The translations under genes and the position numbers were made by a program. A DNA stretch of 64,000 nucleotides from positions 1 to 64,000 of IMG/VR virus record IMGVR_UViG_2921473944_000002; one strand, 5' to 3'. The first letter of the stretch is position 1. Every line of letters starts with the position of its first letter. Positions 30,419 through 41,295 of this stretch are shown one piece after another. Under the pieces are notes generated by a model, which was not told the DNA's origin, did no database searches, and was given only the letters and a program-made list of their open reading frames with translations. The stretch is from a virus (Duplodnaviria > Caudoviricetes).

Positions 30419-30930
30419 TAACCAGTTTTACGATTTACGGGAACTGGCTTCTTAGGATTGTATTGCATATTAAAATCTTTGGCATGGAATGTCATAAGTT
30501 TTCCGTTGAAGTCAGTCATCGGAGCAAATCTTTTAACAGCATAAAGCTCAAGTTCTCCGAGACCATAATTTCGGCTACCGTTAATCGTCTTTGCAATTTC
30601 CACACAGAGTTTATCAGTCCTAACACCACCTCCGTTAGGAAGACGAAGTTTACTTCTATGTGTAAATACCCATATGTACAGCACTGGGTACAAAAATGTC
30701 TTATTTGCACTCGCCTCTTGTATATCTACATCAAAGCAAATGAATGTATTGCCATGCTCAACTGTATCTGGGATATATTCACACGGGAATACTTGTGTAT
30801 ATGCTAATTTCGAAGCATCATCGAATGAAATATCTGAGTCAAGAAGAGATATGATATTCTTGTTTGTTAGAATATCGCCCATCAGCTGATTCTTGTAGTC
30901 ATAAAATTCCTCCAACTGCATTACAGCCAC
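30418..30930 (-). CDS. putative tail terminator
   Basis: Position and size. Confidence 0.45.
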   Translation of the reverse strand: MAVMQLEEFYDYKNQLMGDILTNKNIISLLDSDISFDDASKLAYTQVFPCEYIPDTVEHGNTFICFDVDIQEASANKTFLYPVLYIWVFTHRSKLRLPNGGGVRTDKLCVEIAKTINGSRNYGLGELELYAVKRFAPMTDFNGKLMTFHAKDFNMQYNPKKPVPVNRKTG

Positions 30931-31688
30931 ACCTTCTTTCCAGTATCAGATTCGGAACCGTCGTTTTTCCCGTCAACATTGTCTGTCTCTAAAGTCTTGT
31001 CTTTTGGAAAATGCAGATAATAGTTTGCAATTCCTAATTCAAAGTTATCATTATCTGTTGAAACAACCTCTTGTAATACAAAAGAATAAACACCGTGACC
31101 ATTATAGGTTTTACCAACTTTTAGAGGCTTTGTGAGAAGATAAGCATTCATTTCAGATGACTCAGGGTCGTCTATAAGGAAACGACAGTTACGTGCAAAG
31201 TTCACAGTATCGTTATTGCGAGCAATAGTCATTGCAATACGTGAATCACCTCTGGTTACGAAGAAATCTCTATCTTCATATTCTCCGGTAAGGTACTTTG
31301 TGCCATCCTCAATGACACACCATTGTTCGTGTAAAATATGATTTGCGTCAATCCATTTGAGTAAGAAATTGCATTGCAATAATTTAACTCTCGCACGCAG
31401 TTCAGTATTGGCATCTTTTTCAGTAATAAGCCAATGATTATCAGCCCATTCTACAAGACCACCACATGTGAAATCCTCTCCCGGGAGAGATAGCATGATT
31501 TTTTCGTTTAAGTTATCAGAATCATCTATCACAACACAGCGCTCCTCATTATCAATAATCACATTGTGATATGATAAAGAGTCTGGGAGTTTCTCTCTTA
31601 ATCTACGTGATGTACGAAACAACGCTGCCTCTCGCTTAGTTTTTCCTTGAGCGCATACGCGATTTTCATATATATCCCATATTCCCAT
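30921..31688 (-). CDS. putative head-tail joining protein
   Basis: Position. Confidence 0.45.
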   Translation of the reverse strand: MGIWDIYENRVCAQGKTKREAALFRTSRRLREKLPDSLSYHNVIIDNEERCVVIDDSDNLNEKIMLSLPGEDFTCGGLVEWADNHWLITEKDANTELRARVKLLQCNFLLKWIDANHILHEQWCVIEDGTKYLTGEYEDRDFFVTRGDSRIAMTIARNNDTVNFARNCRFLIDDPESSEMNAYLLTKPLKVGKTYNGHGVYSFVLQEVVSTDNDNFELGIANYYLHFPKDKTLETDNVDGKNDGSESDTGKKVWL

Positions 31689-31690
31689 GT

Positions 31691-32032
31691 TTACACCTCC
31701 GTGATAGTAAAATACTCTTCGAGCTTATTACATACAGAGATAGCATGAAAAACTTCACGTCTTACATCGCTCACCGTACAATCAGGTGCGTCAATCATGT
31801 ATTCCAGAATCGCCATAAGTGTGAGATAGGATGAGTTTACTTTCAGCTCAGGAATTAACCCCTTGCCACCTATAAGCTCGACACGTAAGCTGCGCATATA
31901 TGTCTGTAATGATTCTTCTCCATTTTCTCGCATAGGGAGAATCTTAAAAAATCGATTTACGAGATCGTGGAAATAATTTTTTACGAGATCATTCCGAACT
32001 GTTTGCCCGGTAATCGTAGTTACGCCACTCAT
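31691..32032 (-). CDS. hypothetical structural-region protein
   Basis: Translationally coupled ORF. Confidence 0.55.
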   Translation of the reverse strand: MSGVTTITGQTVRNDLVKNYFHDLVNRFFKILPMRENGEESLQTYMRSLRVELIGGKGLIPELKVNSSYLTLMAILEYMIDAPDCTVSDVRREVFHAISVCNKLEEYFTITEV

Positions 32033-32478
32033 ATGTGTAAGTCCGTCAGATCCCCAGTATTAAAGGAATACTCTCGAATCATCTGAGTATAATCCTTTTT
32101 CGCATCTGCATATGCGTTCCCTACACGCAAAAGCAGTTCGGCAGGAGAGTAGGTTGTGAAATCTTGCGTATTAATAGCATTTTCCAATAACTCCTGCTTG
32201 TACACATATGGCTTTAACCACTGTACAATCATTCCTTCTGAAACAATGTCTGCGATTTCAGTTAAATCATCATCCGAAATATCCACGTTAAACATTCTTG
32301 TCTCATCATCACCAGTAGTTGAAAAGTCATATTGACAAATTTTCCTAAATCCGCTGATTGCTCGCTTCATGTAACCAATAACGATACTATCTCTATTTGA
32401 TTGTTCCAAAGAGAGGAGATCGCGTTCAGTTACTTTTTCGAGAAAAGAGCCGATGAATACGTCGTAAGAAACGCTCAT
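32029..32478 (-). CDS. putative head-tail adaptor
   Basis: Helical 149-aa protein after the capsid genes. Confidence 0.5.
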   Translation of the reverse strand: MSVSYDVFIGSFLEKVTERDLLSLEQSNRDSIVIGYMKRAISGFRKICQYDFSTTGDDETRMFNVDISDDDLTEIADIVSEGMIVQWLKPYVYKQELLENAINTQDFTTYSPAELLLRVGNAYADAKKDYTQMIREYSFNTGDLTDLHI

Positions 32479-32489
32479 ACAAGACCCTC

Positions 32490-33077
32490 CTATCTTTCAA
32501 TCAGCTCTACCCCAAGAGATTCCTCTAATGCGGAAATTGCTTTGTTAGAATCAATCGCTCCATCAGCAATCAGAACTCTTGCACGATATGCTACGGATTT
32601 CTTCTGACCATCGGACATTCCTCCAATAATCTGAGAGATGGTCTCAGCATCTTTCTGGAAAATCTCGTCGAAATCTTCAATGCGTACTGCGTTTCGATAG
32701 AATCTCTGTACGCCGAGATAATCTACGATCCAGTCCTCATCGAACATGAACCAGTTGTTTTCAAAGAATTTCTTATATGAGTTCTTTGCATTCTTCAGCT
32801 CTCTGAGTTCCATTTCCTGCTCAGCTCCGAACTGATCCCATACAAATCTTTCTCCTGTATGCTTGCTAATATATACCAATCGCCCCTGAAAACCGTTGCG
32901 AACAGTTACATACTGTTCAGGGTCAATATTTTTTGTAACAATAGGCTTCACAGTTTTTTCAGTAGCCTTTCTAGTCCGAGTCTTTCTCTTTGGAGTTTCG
33001 ACAGCTACGGATTCTGTAACTGAATTCTGTTCCACAACCTGAGTTTCAGTTTTATCTTGCATAATTACTCCTTCCAT
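32490..33077 (-). CDS. hypothetical protein following the capsid gene
   Basis: ORF. Confidence 0.6.
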   Translation of the reverse strand: MEGVIMQDKTETQVVEQNSVTESVAVETPKRKTRTRKATEKTVKPIVTKNIDPEQYVTVRNGFQGRLVYISKHTGERFVWDQFGAEQEMELRELKNAKNSYKKFFENNWFMFDEDWIVDYLGVQRFYRNAVRIEDFDEIFQKDAETISQIIGGMSDGQKKSVAYRARVLIADGAIDSNKAISALEESLGVELIER

Positions 33078-33122
33078 TCATTAACGGGAGCTGCAATGGC
33101 TCCCGTTGTATTTTTATTGCGA

Positions 33123-34139
33123 TTACGCATTCATTTCGTAACGACCAACACCAGCGTTACCACCAGCCAGAACAATACCCATTCCGTATTTCTCACCGTA
33201 CAGGTATTCCTGAGTGAAGTCTGCGTTGTTCATCGGGTCACCCATGAGAACAATCGGACTTCCTTCGTATACGACTTTAATCGGCTTATCATCACCAGCG
33301 ATGATAGTGATAACATCGTCATCGAATACGAACTCAGTAGAACCTACTTTATGGCGCTGCGGAGCAGCTACTACAGGAGTTCCATAGAACTTACCATAAT
33401 ATCCCATATTGTAGAGATCGTCTTTAGCACCATCATTCTGGATGGAAGCTTTCAGTTTACGCAGTGCTTTCTTTGTTCCGATGATTGTAGCCTGCTGTCC
33501 ATTAGCAGCTGCCTCTACGTGAGAGATCAGGTCTAACAGCTCGTCCTCGTCATATGCACCTGCGACCGGGAAGTATGTAGTACCACCGAACTGGTCAGCA
33601 GTAGCTCCACTCCACAGAGTATAGATGTCATTCAGAAGTTTCTGACGGAAAGATTCAGATACTTTGTTGATAAAGTCATTGAAGTCAACACGACCTGCAA
33701 GCACACGATTCAGTTCCTCGTAAATTCTGACTGTCTTGAGAGAAGTCGGAATAGATGTCTCAGATACACCGCCAAGTCTCTGACGTCTGATACCCTGAGT
33801 ACCATCAGCTGCCTCAGAAACTACGAACAGATTTCTATCCTCAACGAGGAAGATGTTCTTATCACCTTCAGGAACATTACGGAAATCAACCAAAGCATTG
33901 AAATATTCATCGCCCTGAAGCCCCTCAACAACAGTTTTGCTAAGTGTTTCCTCCAGAAGAGAGAACAGTCCCGCACATTTACCGTCTCTGATCTTCTTGT
34001 AGTCCAGAACGGTGCTTCCGCCGTTTGCCTCAATAAGAGCCTGTCTAAGCAGCTCCTGAGACTGACCTACGGAATATTTTTCAACCTTGCCTTTATAACC
34101 ATCAACAGCAAGTTTTACAATATCTTTAATTTCAGCCAT
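33123..34139 (-). CDS. major capsid protein
   Basis: 338 aa, strong AGGAGG RBS, downstream terminator hairpin 33082-33106, follows the scaffold and decoration genes. Confidence 0.8.
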   Translation of the reverse strand: MAEIKDIVKLAVDGYKGKVEKYSVGQSQELLRQALIEANGGSTVLDYKKIRDGKCAGLFSLLEETLSKTVVEGLQGDEYFNALVDFRNVPEGDKNIFLVEDRNLFVVSEAADGTQGIRRQRLGGVSETSIPTSLKTVRIYEELNRVLAGRVDFNDFINKVSESFRQKLLNDIYTLWSGATADQFGGTTYFPVAGAYDEDELLDLISHVEAAANGQQATIIGTKKALRKLKASIQNDGAKDDLYNMGYYGKFYGTPVVAAPQRHKVGSTEFVFDDDVITIIAGDDKPIKVVYEGSPIVLMGDPMNNADFTQEYLYGEKYGMGIVLAGGNAGVGRYEMNA

Positions 34140-34186
34140 TATAAAATCCTCCTTGTAAATTATTCAATTAGCATGACTATTTATTT

Positions 34187-34699
34187 TTAGTCAACTTTGA
34201 TAACATAGTATGTATATCTACCAGCAATCTCAACGTCGATAATTTTTCCAACAGTTGTTGTACTTGCAGTAGCAGCAGCTACTACGTTAAGTTTTGTAGC
34301 TTTGTCAGCAAGTTCTACTACATTTCCTTTTGCAGGAGATGCGAGACCTGTGAGAGCTTCTTTTGTAAGTGAGAAAATATTCCCTGAATGGAGTCTATAT
34401 CCTCTGCAAGCTTTTCCAGCTACGTTGATGAATTCATCCAGATTGCGAAGTCTTTCATCATACGGTACTTCCGGAGCAGCAATTAATACAACCTCACGAA
34501 TTGGTGTATCTTTTGATACCTGCTCTCCAATAAACACTTCACGCTCGCCATCTGCGAGTTCAGAAGCCTTCAGAACGCTTCCGTTTTCAATTTCGGTAGC
34601 AGTTTTCTTATTTTCACCCATATATTTAACAGATACGAGTTCACTACGAACATCAGTACCAGTCATATTGTCTGTTCTAACAACACCATATTTAGCCAT
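34187..34699 (-). CDS. capsid decoration protein
   Basis: Position just before the MCP; EIENG motif. Confidence 0.55.
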   Translation of the reverse strand: MAKYGVVRTDNMTGTDVRSELVSVKYMGENKKTATEIENGSVLKASELADGEREVFIGEQVSKDTPIREVVLIAAPEVPYDERLRNLDEFINVAGKACRGYRLHSGNIFSLTKEALTGLASPAKGNVVELADKATKLNVVAAATASTTTVGKIIDVEIAGRYTYYVIKVD

Positions 34700-34714
34700 A
34701 AATTTTTTACCTCC

Positions 34715-36289
34715 TTATTCTTTAGCAGAGAAGCCATACTCCTCAAAAAGACCACCATAAGGCTGGTCTGCCTTGTTATTCTCTGGTGTTTCGATAGGCA
34801 GTTTTGGAGCTTTCTGACTGAAATTCATTTTAGCCTGTACTCCGCGTCTACCACGAATTGCATAACATTTCTCCTCAAGAGCATCCATTTCAAATTTCAT
34901 GCAGTCAGCATCGCAATCTGTTTTCAGATTTTCAAATGCTTCTACGCCTGCAAGGTCTTCAAACTTAGCGAATACTTCCGCAATTTCGGATTTACGAGCT
35001 TTCTCCATATCAGCTGTTTCTGTATCAGCTTTAAATTTACGAAGTTCCTCAAGCTCTGCCTCCATAGAAGTAATCGTCTCAGATGCGTTCTGGTATTTTG
35101 CTTCAAATTCAGCAGAAGCAGCAGATTTGTCAGTAATTACCTGTTCCATCCGCTCAAATACCTGTGCGATAGGAGAAACCTGCTCGCCCTCATCAAAGTC
35201 AGCGATTACATATTTCTTACGCTTTTTGTTCTCAAAATCGATTTCAATACTGTCTCCGTTCATCTTGTAAGAAAATCCATAGAGCAGCCAATCGGTTCTG
35301 TCCCAGCAGTAAACTTCCATAGCGTCAAAGTCGCAATCTACAAAGAAATAGCGACTACATTCGCCCCATTCACACTGGATTTGCTCTGCATCGAGTGCTC
35401 GCATGATTTCATCAACGACGTTACTTGTAAGGGCGAATTTATTTTTATCTGTATCAACCTCTGGGTCAGACTTCTTGTCAGCCTCTGCGATTGCTTTGAA
35501 TTTTTCTTCAAGCTCCTCAACAGTAAAATCATCAATGGAGAAATCAAGAGTATTAACATCAATGCCATACTTTTCAATTAAATTCTGTTTATCCAATCCT
35601 TTACTTCCTCCTTCCATTGAGTATTTGTGTGAGTGTATATTGCCAGTCTCATTAGAGACAGTGACATCTTTTAAACTATCCTTTAGCTCAAGCATCATCT
35701 TAGAAAATTCCTGTTTGAAATCCTGTTTTGAAAATGCAAGAGATGCAGATTCATAGCACGGTTCAACACCGATCAATGCAAATGCTGTAAACTCGAAATC
35801 CTTAATACAGTAAATCCCATTGATGGTTTCACCATCCTTGACGGTAATTTCCATGCTTTGAGCTGTAATTCCATCTTTTTTGATTTTTCTGTAAGCCTCC
35901 TGGCGCTTCCAGATCAGAACCTCAGCGCACAGATACTCGTTTACAGTACCGTCATCTTCCTCGACAGTTTCCCAGTATACTTTTGCTGTCTGTGGAACTA
36001 CGCCAATAGGCTGAGTTAGATTCACAAGAATCAAACTGCCGTCATCCTTACGGACAAGTTCCATGTCATGACCGCCGAGAGTATCAGTCTCTCTGTCGTA
36101 ATTACATACAACTGGACAGTTATAAATCGTCTTGATGCATCTTTCAAATACATCTTTGGAAATAGAACTGCCATTGCGGTTATCTCCCGTATATGCAATA
36201 CGAAGAATCCCGGAATCAAAAGAAGAGTTAATCTCGCATAAATCGGTTAAAGATGATGCATATGTCAGATTTAAAATCTCTGTTTTCAT
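34715..36289 (-). CDS. prohead protease/scaffold
   Basis: GDNRNGS, LGGH and QSMEI protease-like N-terminus with an acidic coiled-coil C-terminus. Confidence 0.7.
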   Translation of the reverse strand: MKTEILNLTYASSLTDLCEINSSFDSGILRIAYTGDNRNGSSISKDVFERCIKTIYNCPVVCNYDRETDTLGGHDMELVRKDDGSLILVNLTQPIGVVPQTAKVYWETVEEDDGTVNEYLCAEVLIWKRQEAYRKIKKDGITAQSMEITVKDGETINGIYCIKDFEFTAFALIGVEPCYESASLAFSKQDFKQEFSKMMLELKDSLKDVTVSNETGNIHSHKYSMEGGSKGLDKQNLIEKYGIDVNTLDFSIDDFTVEELEEKFKAIAEADKKSDPEVDTDKNKFALTSNVVDEIMRALDAEQIQCEWGECSRYFFVDCDFDAMEVYCWDRTDWLLYGFSYKMNGDSIEIDFENKKRKKYVIADFDEGEQVSPIAQVFERMEQVITDKSAASAEFEAKYQNASETITSMEAELEELRKFKADTETADMEKARKSEIAEVFAKFEDLAGVEAFENLKTDCDADCMKFEMDALEEKCYAIRGRRGVQAKMNFSQKAPKLPIETPENNKADQPYGGLFEEYGFSAKE

Positions 36290-36334
36290 CTATAACCTCC
36301 ATAATACAAAGACCCGTATGAATAATCATACGGG

Positions 36335-36511
36335 CTAAAAAGTCAAAGTGTCTGAAAGAACAAAAGTTCCTTCATTCATTGAGAAACATAATTCCTCTTT
36401 GTTTTTAAATACATATATTTTCTTTATGTTATCTGCATTCAGTAGAATATATCCGAGAGACAGGAGAGTGTCTTTATCCGATTCGCCGAAAGCATATATG
36501 AACTTTTTCAT
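36335..36511 (-). CDS. 58-aa hypothetical protein (MKKFIYAFGE...), not in the ORF track
   Basis: Read manually; fills the gap between portal and protease. Confidence 0.55.
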   Translation of the reverse strand: MKKFIYAFGESDKDTLLSLGYILLNADNIKKIYVFKNKEELCFSMNEGTFVLSDTLTF

Positions 36512-36524
36512 GAATCATCACCAC

Positions 36525-38036
36525 CTATCCCCAATCAGAACTCTGCTCAGAAGATTGTTCTCCACTATCAGTTAGATCTGTTTCATCCGACGGCGGTCTG
36601 CCACCCTCATCAGTCGGAGCATCACTATCTGTAGCATTGCCACTCATCTGTGTAGAACTTTGAATCGGTCTAAACATATCTTGCAGACCCATAACATCAG
36701 TTTCAAGGAAACTCATAGCATCAAGTTCTGCTTGTCCGAGACCTTGCGATGCAGCGTACATTGCAATAGTAGGCAGCCCATAAGAAGCAGCTTTGAGATA
36801 TGCATCTCCCATTTCTTTCCTGTTATATGGTGATACATCCAAGAAAGTAACTTTGAAATTCTTTCCGTAACTCTGAGCCTGTATAAATCTGTTTACAGCA
36901 TCTTCAATACTTCGCACGATACCAAATGTGAGACTTTGGTCAGCTTTTATTGATAATGAAAGAGCATTTGCAGACGCCTTTTCATTATTAAACAAGAGCG
37001 AAGATACTCCAGCCGATGTGAAGATATTTTGCTCTGCATCTGCAATGGTGTTTGTATCTCCGGTGTTTGATTTTTCAAAACCAATCTTTGTAATAGGCAT
37101 TGGAGTAAGAATAGATCCGACTTCTTCAGGAAGTACAGAATCTAAATTCTGCCAGAATTCCTTTGCTTTATTCAAATCAATACCCCAGTTGCCGTCTTTA
37201 TCCATCGGCAGAGCCATTACAAGCATCGCATAATTTTCCAATGCTGTTTTTGTCAACTTCAATTGTTTGTAATCCTCTAGGTCATACAGCTCTCTTAATA
37301 TACCGATAAACGGAGGAAGAGAGTATGACAAAATATCATTATTGACCTTGATAGCGAATGAAGTTGGCGAATCCAATTCAATCCATCTTGATGTACGCTG
37401 CTTCTGATAGACAGCATACTTTGTTTTAAATTCCTGTGGATAAAATTCAAGTAATGCGCTATGAGAGTCAAAATACGAGAAGTCGAATGATACATTCAAT
37501 ACATTGCCCTCGATTGTGGATATAGCGCAATAGTCACTAGGCAACTGCTGAATAGTGATATTGTCATTTGTTACCCACATAGTTCCATAGAATGTATCCT
37601 CTCGTAAACAGACGGTTAGGATTTTTGGGAACTGCGTCTTAATACTCATTGCTGAAAGAGCATTTAATACCTTTCGATAATTCCGATTTATCGTTTTAGC
37701 ATTACTAGATTTAGGGTCAATCTTATATGGAGATACTACATATGCTAAATCGGACAAGCTTGAAAAATATTGAATAATTCTTCTAAAATGAGAAGAAGCA
37801 CCATATATATATGTAACAGCATTACGAATCTGTTTTTCGTATGTATATGGGTTAGCAAGATACCCCTGTACGTCTTCTTTGGAATACAAAGAGAATGTCG
37901 GGGTGGTAGTGTTATTGTTCAGATCTCTGGTTATCAATCTATTAAGAACAGCAAACTTACTAGAAATACCTATCATACCGGAGAAATCTTTAACACTAGA
38001 ATCTCCAACTTGTTTTTGTTCTGCCATACAATCCAT
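36525..38036 (-). CDS. portal protein
   Basis: Follows terminase; about 500 aa; C-terminal GGRP motif. Confidence 0.8.
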   Translation of the reverse strand: MDCMAEQKQVGDSSVKDFSGMIGISSKFAVLNRLITRDLNNNTTTPTFSLYSKEDVQGYLANPYTYEKQIRNAVTYIYGASSHFRRIIQYFSSLSDLAYVVSPYKIDPKSSNAKTINRNYRKVLNALSAMSIKTQFPKILTVCLREDTFYGTMWVTNDNITIQQLPSDYCAISTIEGNVLNVSFDFSYFDSHSALLEFYPQEFKTKYAVYQKQRTSRWIELDSPTSFAIKVNNDILSYSLPPFIGILRELYDLEDYKQLKLTKTALENYAMLVMALPMDKDGNWGIDLNKAKEFWQNLDSVLPEEVGSILTPMPITKIGFEKSNTGDTNTIADAEQNIFTSAGVSSLLFNNEKASANALSLSIKADQSLTFGIVRSIEDAVNRFIQAQSYGKNFKVTFLDVSPYNRKEMGDAYLKAASYGLPTIAMYAASQGLGQAELDAMSFLETDVMGLQDMFRPIQSSTQMSGNATDSDAPTDEGGRPPSDETDLTDSGEQSSEQSSDWG

Positions 38037-39783
38037 TCACCGCCTTTCTGTGATAATTTGGAGCTTTGATTATGAACATATCGGATGCTCCGTCTCCGAT
38101 GCTCTGTCGCTTACTCATTTTATTTTCTATTTGCATAGCAACATAGTAGTTATACGAAAGACTGGAATATCTATCTTTACGCATTCCAGCACGTTCTGTA
38201 ATTTTGATTTTCCCACCAGACTCTTCGTATAAAAGTTTTGTCAGCTCATCTACGAGAAGAGTTGTATGGACATATGGAAGCTGAAGTGACATTTTGTCTG
38301 AATCGGAAATTGAATTGTATCCACGTATTTCAGACAGATATTTTTCAGCATCATATTCTGTTGAGAGTAATCTCATTCGACCACTACGGAATGCTTCTCT
38401 TAACATAAAGGCGCAGTCTGAGTTGAACTGAGCACTTGCTTTAATTGACCAAATGACCTTCTTCGCACCGATGACAGTGCATCTCGAAGCCATTTCAGCA
38501 TTATTGCAACACGATAATGCAGGATACAATTCGCCTGTATCCGGGTTGACCATATCTCTTGCTAAAGCATCATATACACCAAGACCAAGCCCGTTTGTAT
38601 CCAGTACAATATAATCACAGTTGTAATCTTCATACAGCTTGCGAATATATAATGCCTGCTCGTCAGTTCTCATTCCTTCACAAGCGTCCGCATATACAAT
38701 ATTGCTTGAATATCGACCAGCTCTTGAAGGCTTCATCTGATTAATAAAGATAGCAGTAGCATCATTATTGTTCTTTCGGCTTGACATTAATGCAATATCC
38801 GCAGAAAGAACTCGTATTTCACCATTGTTTTTCTCTTGAATTCGGATATTCTGAGAATTATTCAGCTTAGAAGCAATTTCGTCTGGCAACATCGGATATT
38901 TAATAGTTCTGTTTTTAGATATAGTAGGGAAGTCAAAGAATGCTCCGTCCTCTGAACCATACCACAGAGCATCCATTTCCATGCTCCATTTGATTTCGCT
39001 AAAATCACTCTCTGACATGTCATCAGCAACAGTCTCAGGGTCGAGTAATCCTTCTTCAATAGACAGTTCGTACGGAAATCCACATACAAATTGATGTCTG
39101 TTTTCATCTTTCATGATATCGAAGGTATCCATGCACTTTGTGTATGACCAGTGGTCTTTGAAATAAGCAGAAGACAAGTACATAGTCAAGTTCTTTTCTT
39201 TTGCATATTCAATCTTTTTCTCGTCATCAGTCAACTCTTCATATCTTGGCATACGCCTTAATGTAAGGAATTTTTTCAAAACAGTATCAATCGTGTCTTT
39301 GGAAATCAGTCGATACTCGTCCAGAAGTAATACATTACACCGATTACCTCTGGCGTTATCAGAAGCAGTAACTACCTTGATGACACTCGTATTGAAAAAT
39401 ACAATCTGTGCATTTGTTCCATTGATTTTCGATTGCTTATCATCTATTTCAGCTCTCAGTTCTTCGGACTGAGGTTTTAGTTCAAGAAGTATCTTTTCAA
39501 GCACGTTGATAGCCTGTCCTCTGGTGCCGGATGCGATACAAATTTTTGTACCAGGATATAAAATACATCTTACGACGCAGTAAATAGCACTGATGTATGT
39601 CTTACCAAGACCACGACAAGCAATTAACACAAACGTGGTACTCCAAAACATCATTGCAAGTAAGATTCGCTGAAATAGTCTTAACTGAATATGTAAATAA
39701 TCTTCGGCAAACTTATCCGGATTGGCACGATAAAAGGCGCCCCATATAGCAGCGCCTTCCATGACAGATTCATATCTATCCAT
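37996..39783 (-). CDS. terL: terminase large subunit
   Basis: Walker A CRGLGKT, Walker B LLLDE, nuclease residues SADIA / LDTNG / KDRYSS. Confidence 0.92.
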   Translation of the reverse strand: MDRYESVMEGAAIWGAFYRANPDKFAEDYLHIQLRLFQRILLAMMFWSTTFVLIACRGLGKTYISAIYCVVRCILYPGTKICIASGTRGQAINVLEKILLELKPQSEELRAEIDDKQSKINGTNAQIVFFNTSVIKVVTASDNARGNRCNVLLLDEYRLISKDTIDTVLKKFLTLRRMPRYEELTDDEKKIEYAKEKNLTMYLSSAYFKDHWSYTKCMDTFDIMKDENRHQFVCGFPYELSIEEGLLDPETVADDMSESDFSEIKWSMEMDALWYGSEDGAFFDFPTISKNRTIKYPMLPDEIASKLNNSQNIRIQEKNNGEIRVLSADIALMSSRKNNNDATAIFINQMKPSRAGRYSSNIVYADACEGMRTDEQALYIRKLYEDYNCDYIVLDTNGLGLGVYDALARDMVNPDTGELYPALSCCNNAEMASRCTVIGAKKVIWSIKASAQFNSDCAFMLREAFRSGRMRLLSTEYDAEKYLSEIRGYNSISDSDKMSLQLPYVHTTLLVDELTKLLYEESGGKIKITERAGMRKDRYSSLSYNYYVAMQIENKMSKRQSIGDGASDMFIIKAPNYHRKAVNGLYGRTKTSWRF

Positions 39784-40811
39784 TATTCATCACCATCCTG
39801 ACCTTCTGAGTACGCATTTATCAGTAAAGACTCGTCGTCCTCATCTTCGTATTCAGGCTTTTCTACGCGGAGCCTATTGATTTCCTCCTCGTACATCTTT
39901 GTATATCCGTTCTTTACACCACACATTTTGCATATATGTCCAAGCCATGTGAACACATATTTTTTTATACGGTTGACATCCTGTAAAGATTTATCAATTT
40001 CAGGTAATGGACGTTTATTTTCATACCTGAACAGCCATACACCAAGTGGTGTGTTTGCTATTGAAGCATCCAATTCATCAGATTTCTTCTGAGCTGGCTT
40101 GAGGTTTAAACTACCAATCAATGTATTCAGTGAATTTACACTCTTGTCAATAGAGCGTCCGGCAGCAGCATCCTTTGATATACTTACTTCGAGATTACAT
40201 AGTTGCCTCATTAATACGTCACTACCAATATCATTTCCTCCAACATCAGAAAAGGCATCTGGAAATTTTGAACTGTAATATTTGCGACGCTGTTCGAGCT
40301 GCTCGTACATTTCTGGAGAATATCCTGCTCCCCAGAAATCAATTACTTCTTGTGCTACAGCAACCGGCTCATCTATATCTGGCTTGCTTGTGTCGTCTGA
40401 TTCTATATCTTGTGGCTCTGCTACAACCTGTGTAGCATCAAAAGACCACAGTATGCCCTCGTCGAGCAAAGTATCATCATAACTTTTCCCAGCACATGAT
40501 ACGCTGTTTGTGCGAACAATATACTGTGTCATCAATGATCGTATTGAACTTTTTTTGGCAACGCTGTCAAAGATATTTTCGTTCCAATATAAGTCCAATT
40601 TTCGGCATGTTTGCCGTACAGCCATTTTTGAATCCTTGCATTGAGCAAGATATTGGCTATATATTTTATCTATGCATGACCTGCAATACGGAATATATCC
40701 AAGTCCTTTGTATAATTCTCCATAGCTTACCGGGAAGAACCCCTTTCGCTTAGAGTAACCAGTACCGCATGTAGGGCATATTACTTTGTCTGTATTCATT
40801 TCTAAAGCCAT
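39783..40811 (-). CDS. Zn-finger protein upstream of terL (possible small terminase)
   Basis: CPTC...YCRSC; coupled to terL. Confidence 0.5.
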   Translation of the reverse strand: MALEMNTDKVICPTCGTGYSKRKGFFPVSYGELYKGLGYIPYCRSCIDKIYSQYLAQCKDSKMAVRQTCRKLDLYWNENIFDSVAKKSSIRSLMTQYIVRTNSVSCAGKSYDDTLLDEGILWSFDATQVVAEPQDIESDDTSKPDIDEPVAVAQEVIDFWGAGYSPEMYEQLEQRRKYYSSKFPDAFSDVGGNDIGSDVLMRQLCNLEVSISKDAAAGRSIDKSVNSLNTLIGSLNLKPAQKKSDELDASIANTPLGVWLFRYENKRPLPEIDKSLQDVNRIKKYVFTWLGHICKMCGVKNGYTKMYEEEINRLRVEKPEYEDEDDESLLINAYSEGQDGDE

Positions 40812-41275
40812 TATTCATCACCATCCGTTTCTTCAGGTACTGATGACTCATAACGTGACAACCTTTCAGCCAGAGATAATTCATACATTTTTGCACACAT
40901 CTTTAAATCCTTTCCAGACTCAAATTTTGGCACATATCTTCCAGATACCTCAACTTCTTCATGCGTTACCGGATGCTTGTTTTTTCTTGGCTTCCTATAG
41001 TTCAATGAGAGAGTACCAAATCCTCTGATAGAAATTGATTCACCACGCTTTAAACTATCACCTATAACTGCAAGGCACGTATCCATGACAGCCTCTACAT
41101 CGTCATATGTAAATAGGACGCCTTTATCAGTTTTCTTGACAACAAAATCCTTTGTGTTTCCATCGTCATCAGATATATGGAAGACCTGTTTCTGAGACGA
41201 GACAGGCTTCCGAATATTATTTTCTCGCATTACGTTTGAAATGCGACGGACTAATTCCTTTCTATTCATATCCAT
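40811..41275 (-). CDS. HU/IHF-like DNA-binding protein
   Basis: ISIRGFGTL...RKNKHPVT...PKFESGK. Confidence 0.85.
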   Translation of the reverse strand: MDMNRKELVRRISNVMRENNIRKPVSSQKQVFHISDDDGNTKDFVVKKTDKGVLFTYDDVEAVMDTCLAVIGDSLKRGESISIRGFGTLSLNYRKPRKNKHPVTHEEVEVSGRYVPKFESGKDLKMCAKMYELSLAERLSRYESSVPEETDGDE

Positions 41276-41295
41276 AATCTCCTTTAACTCTTTAT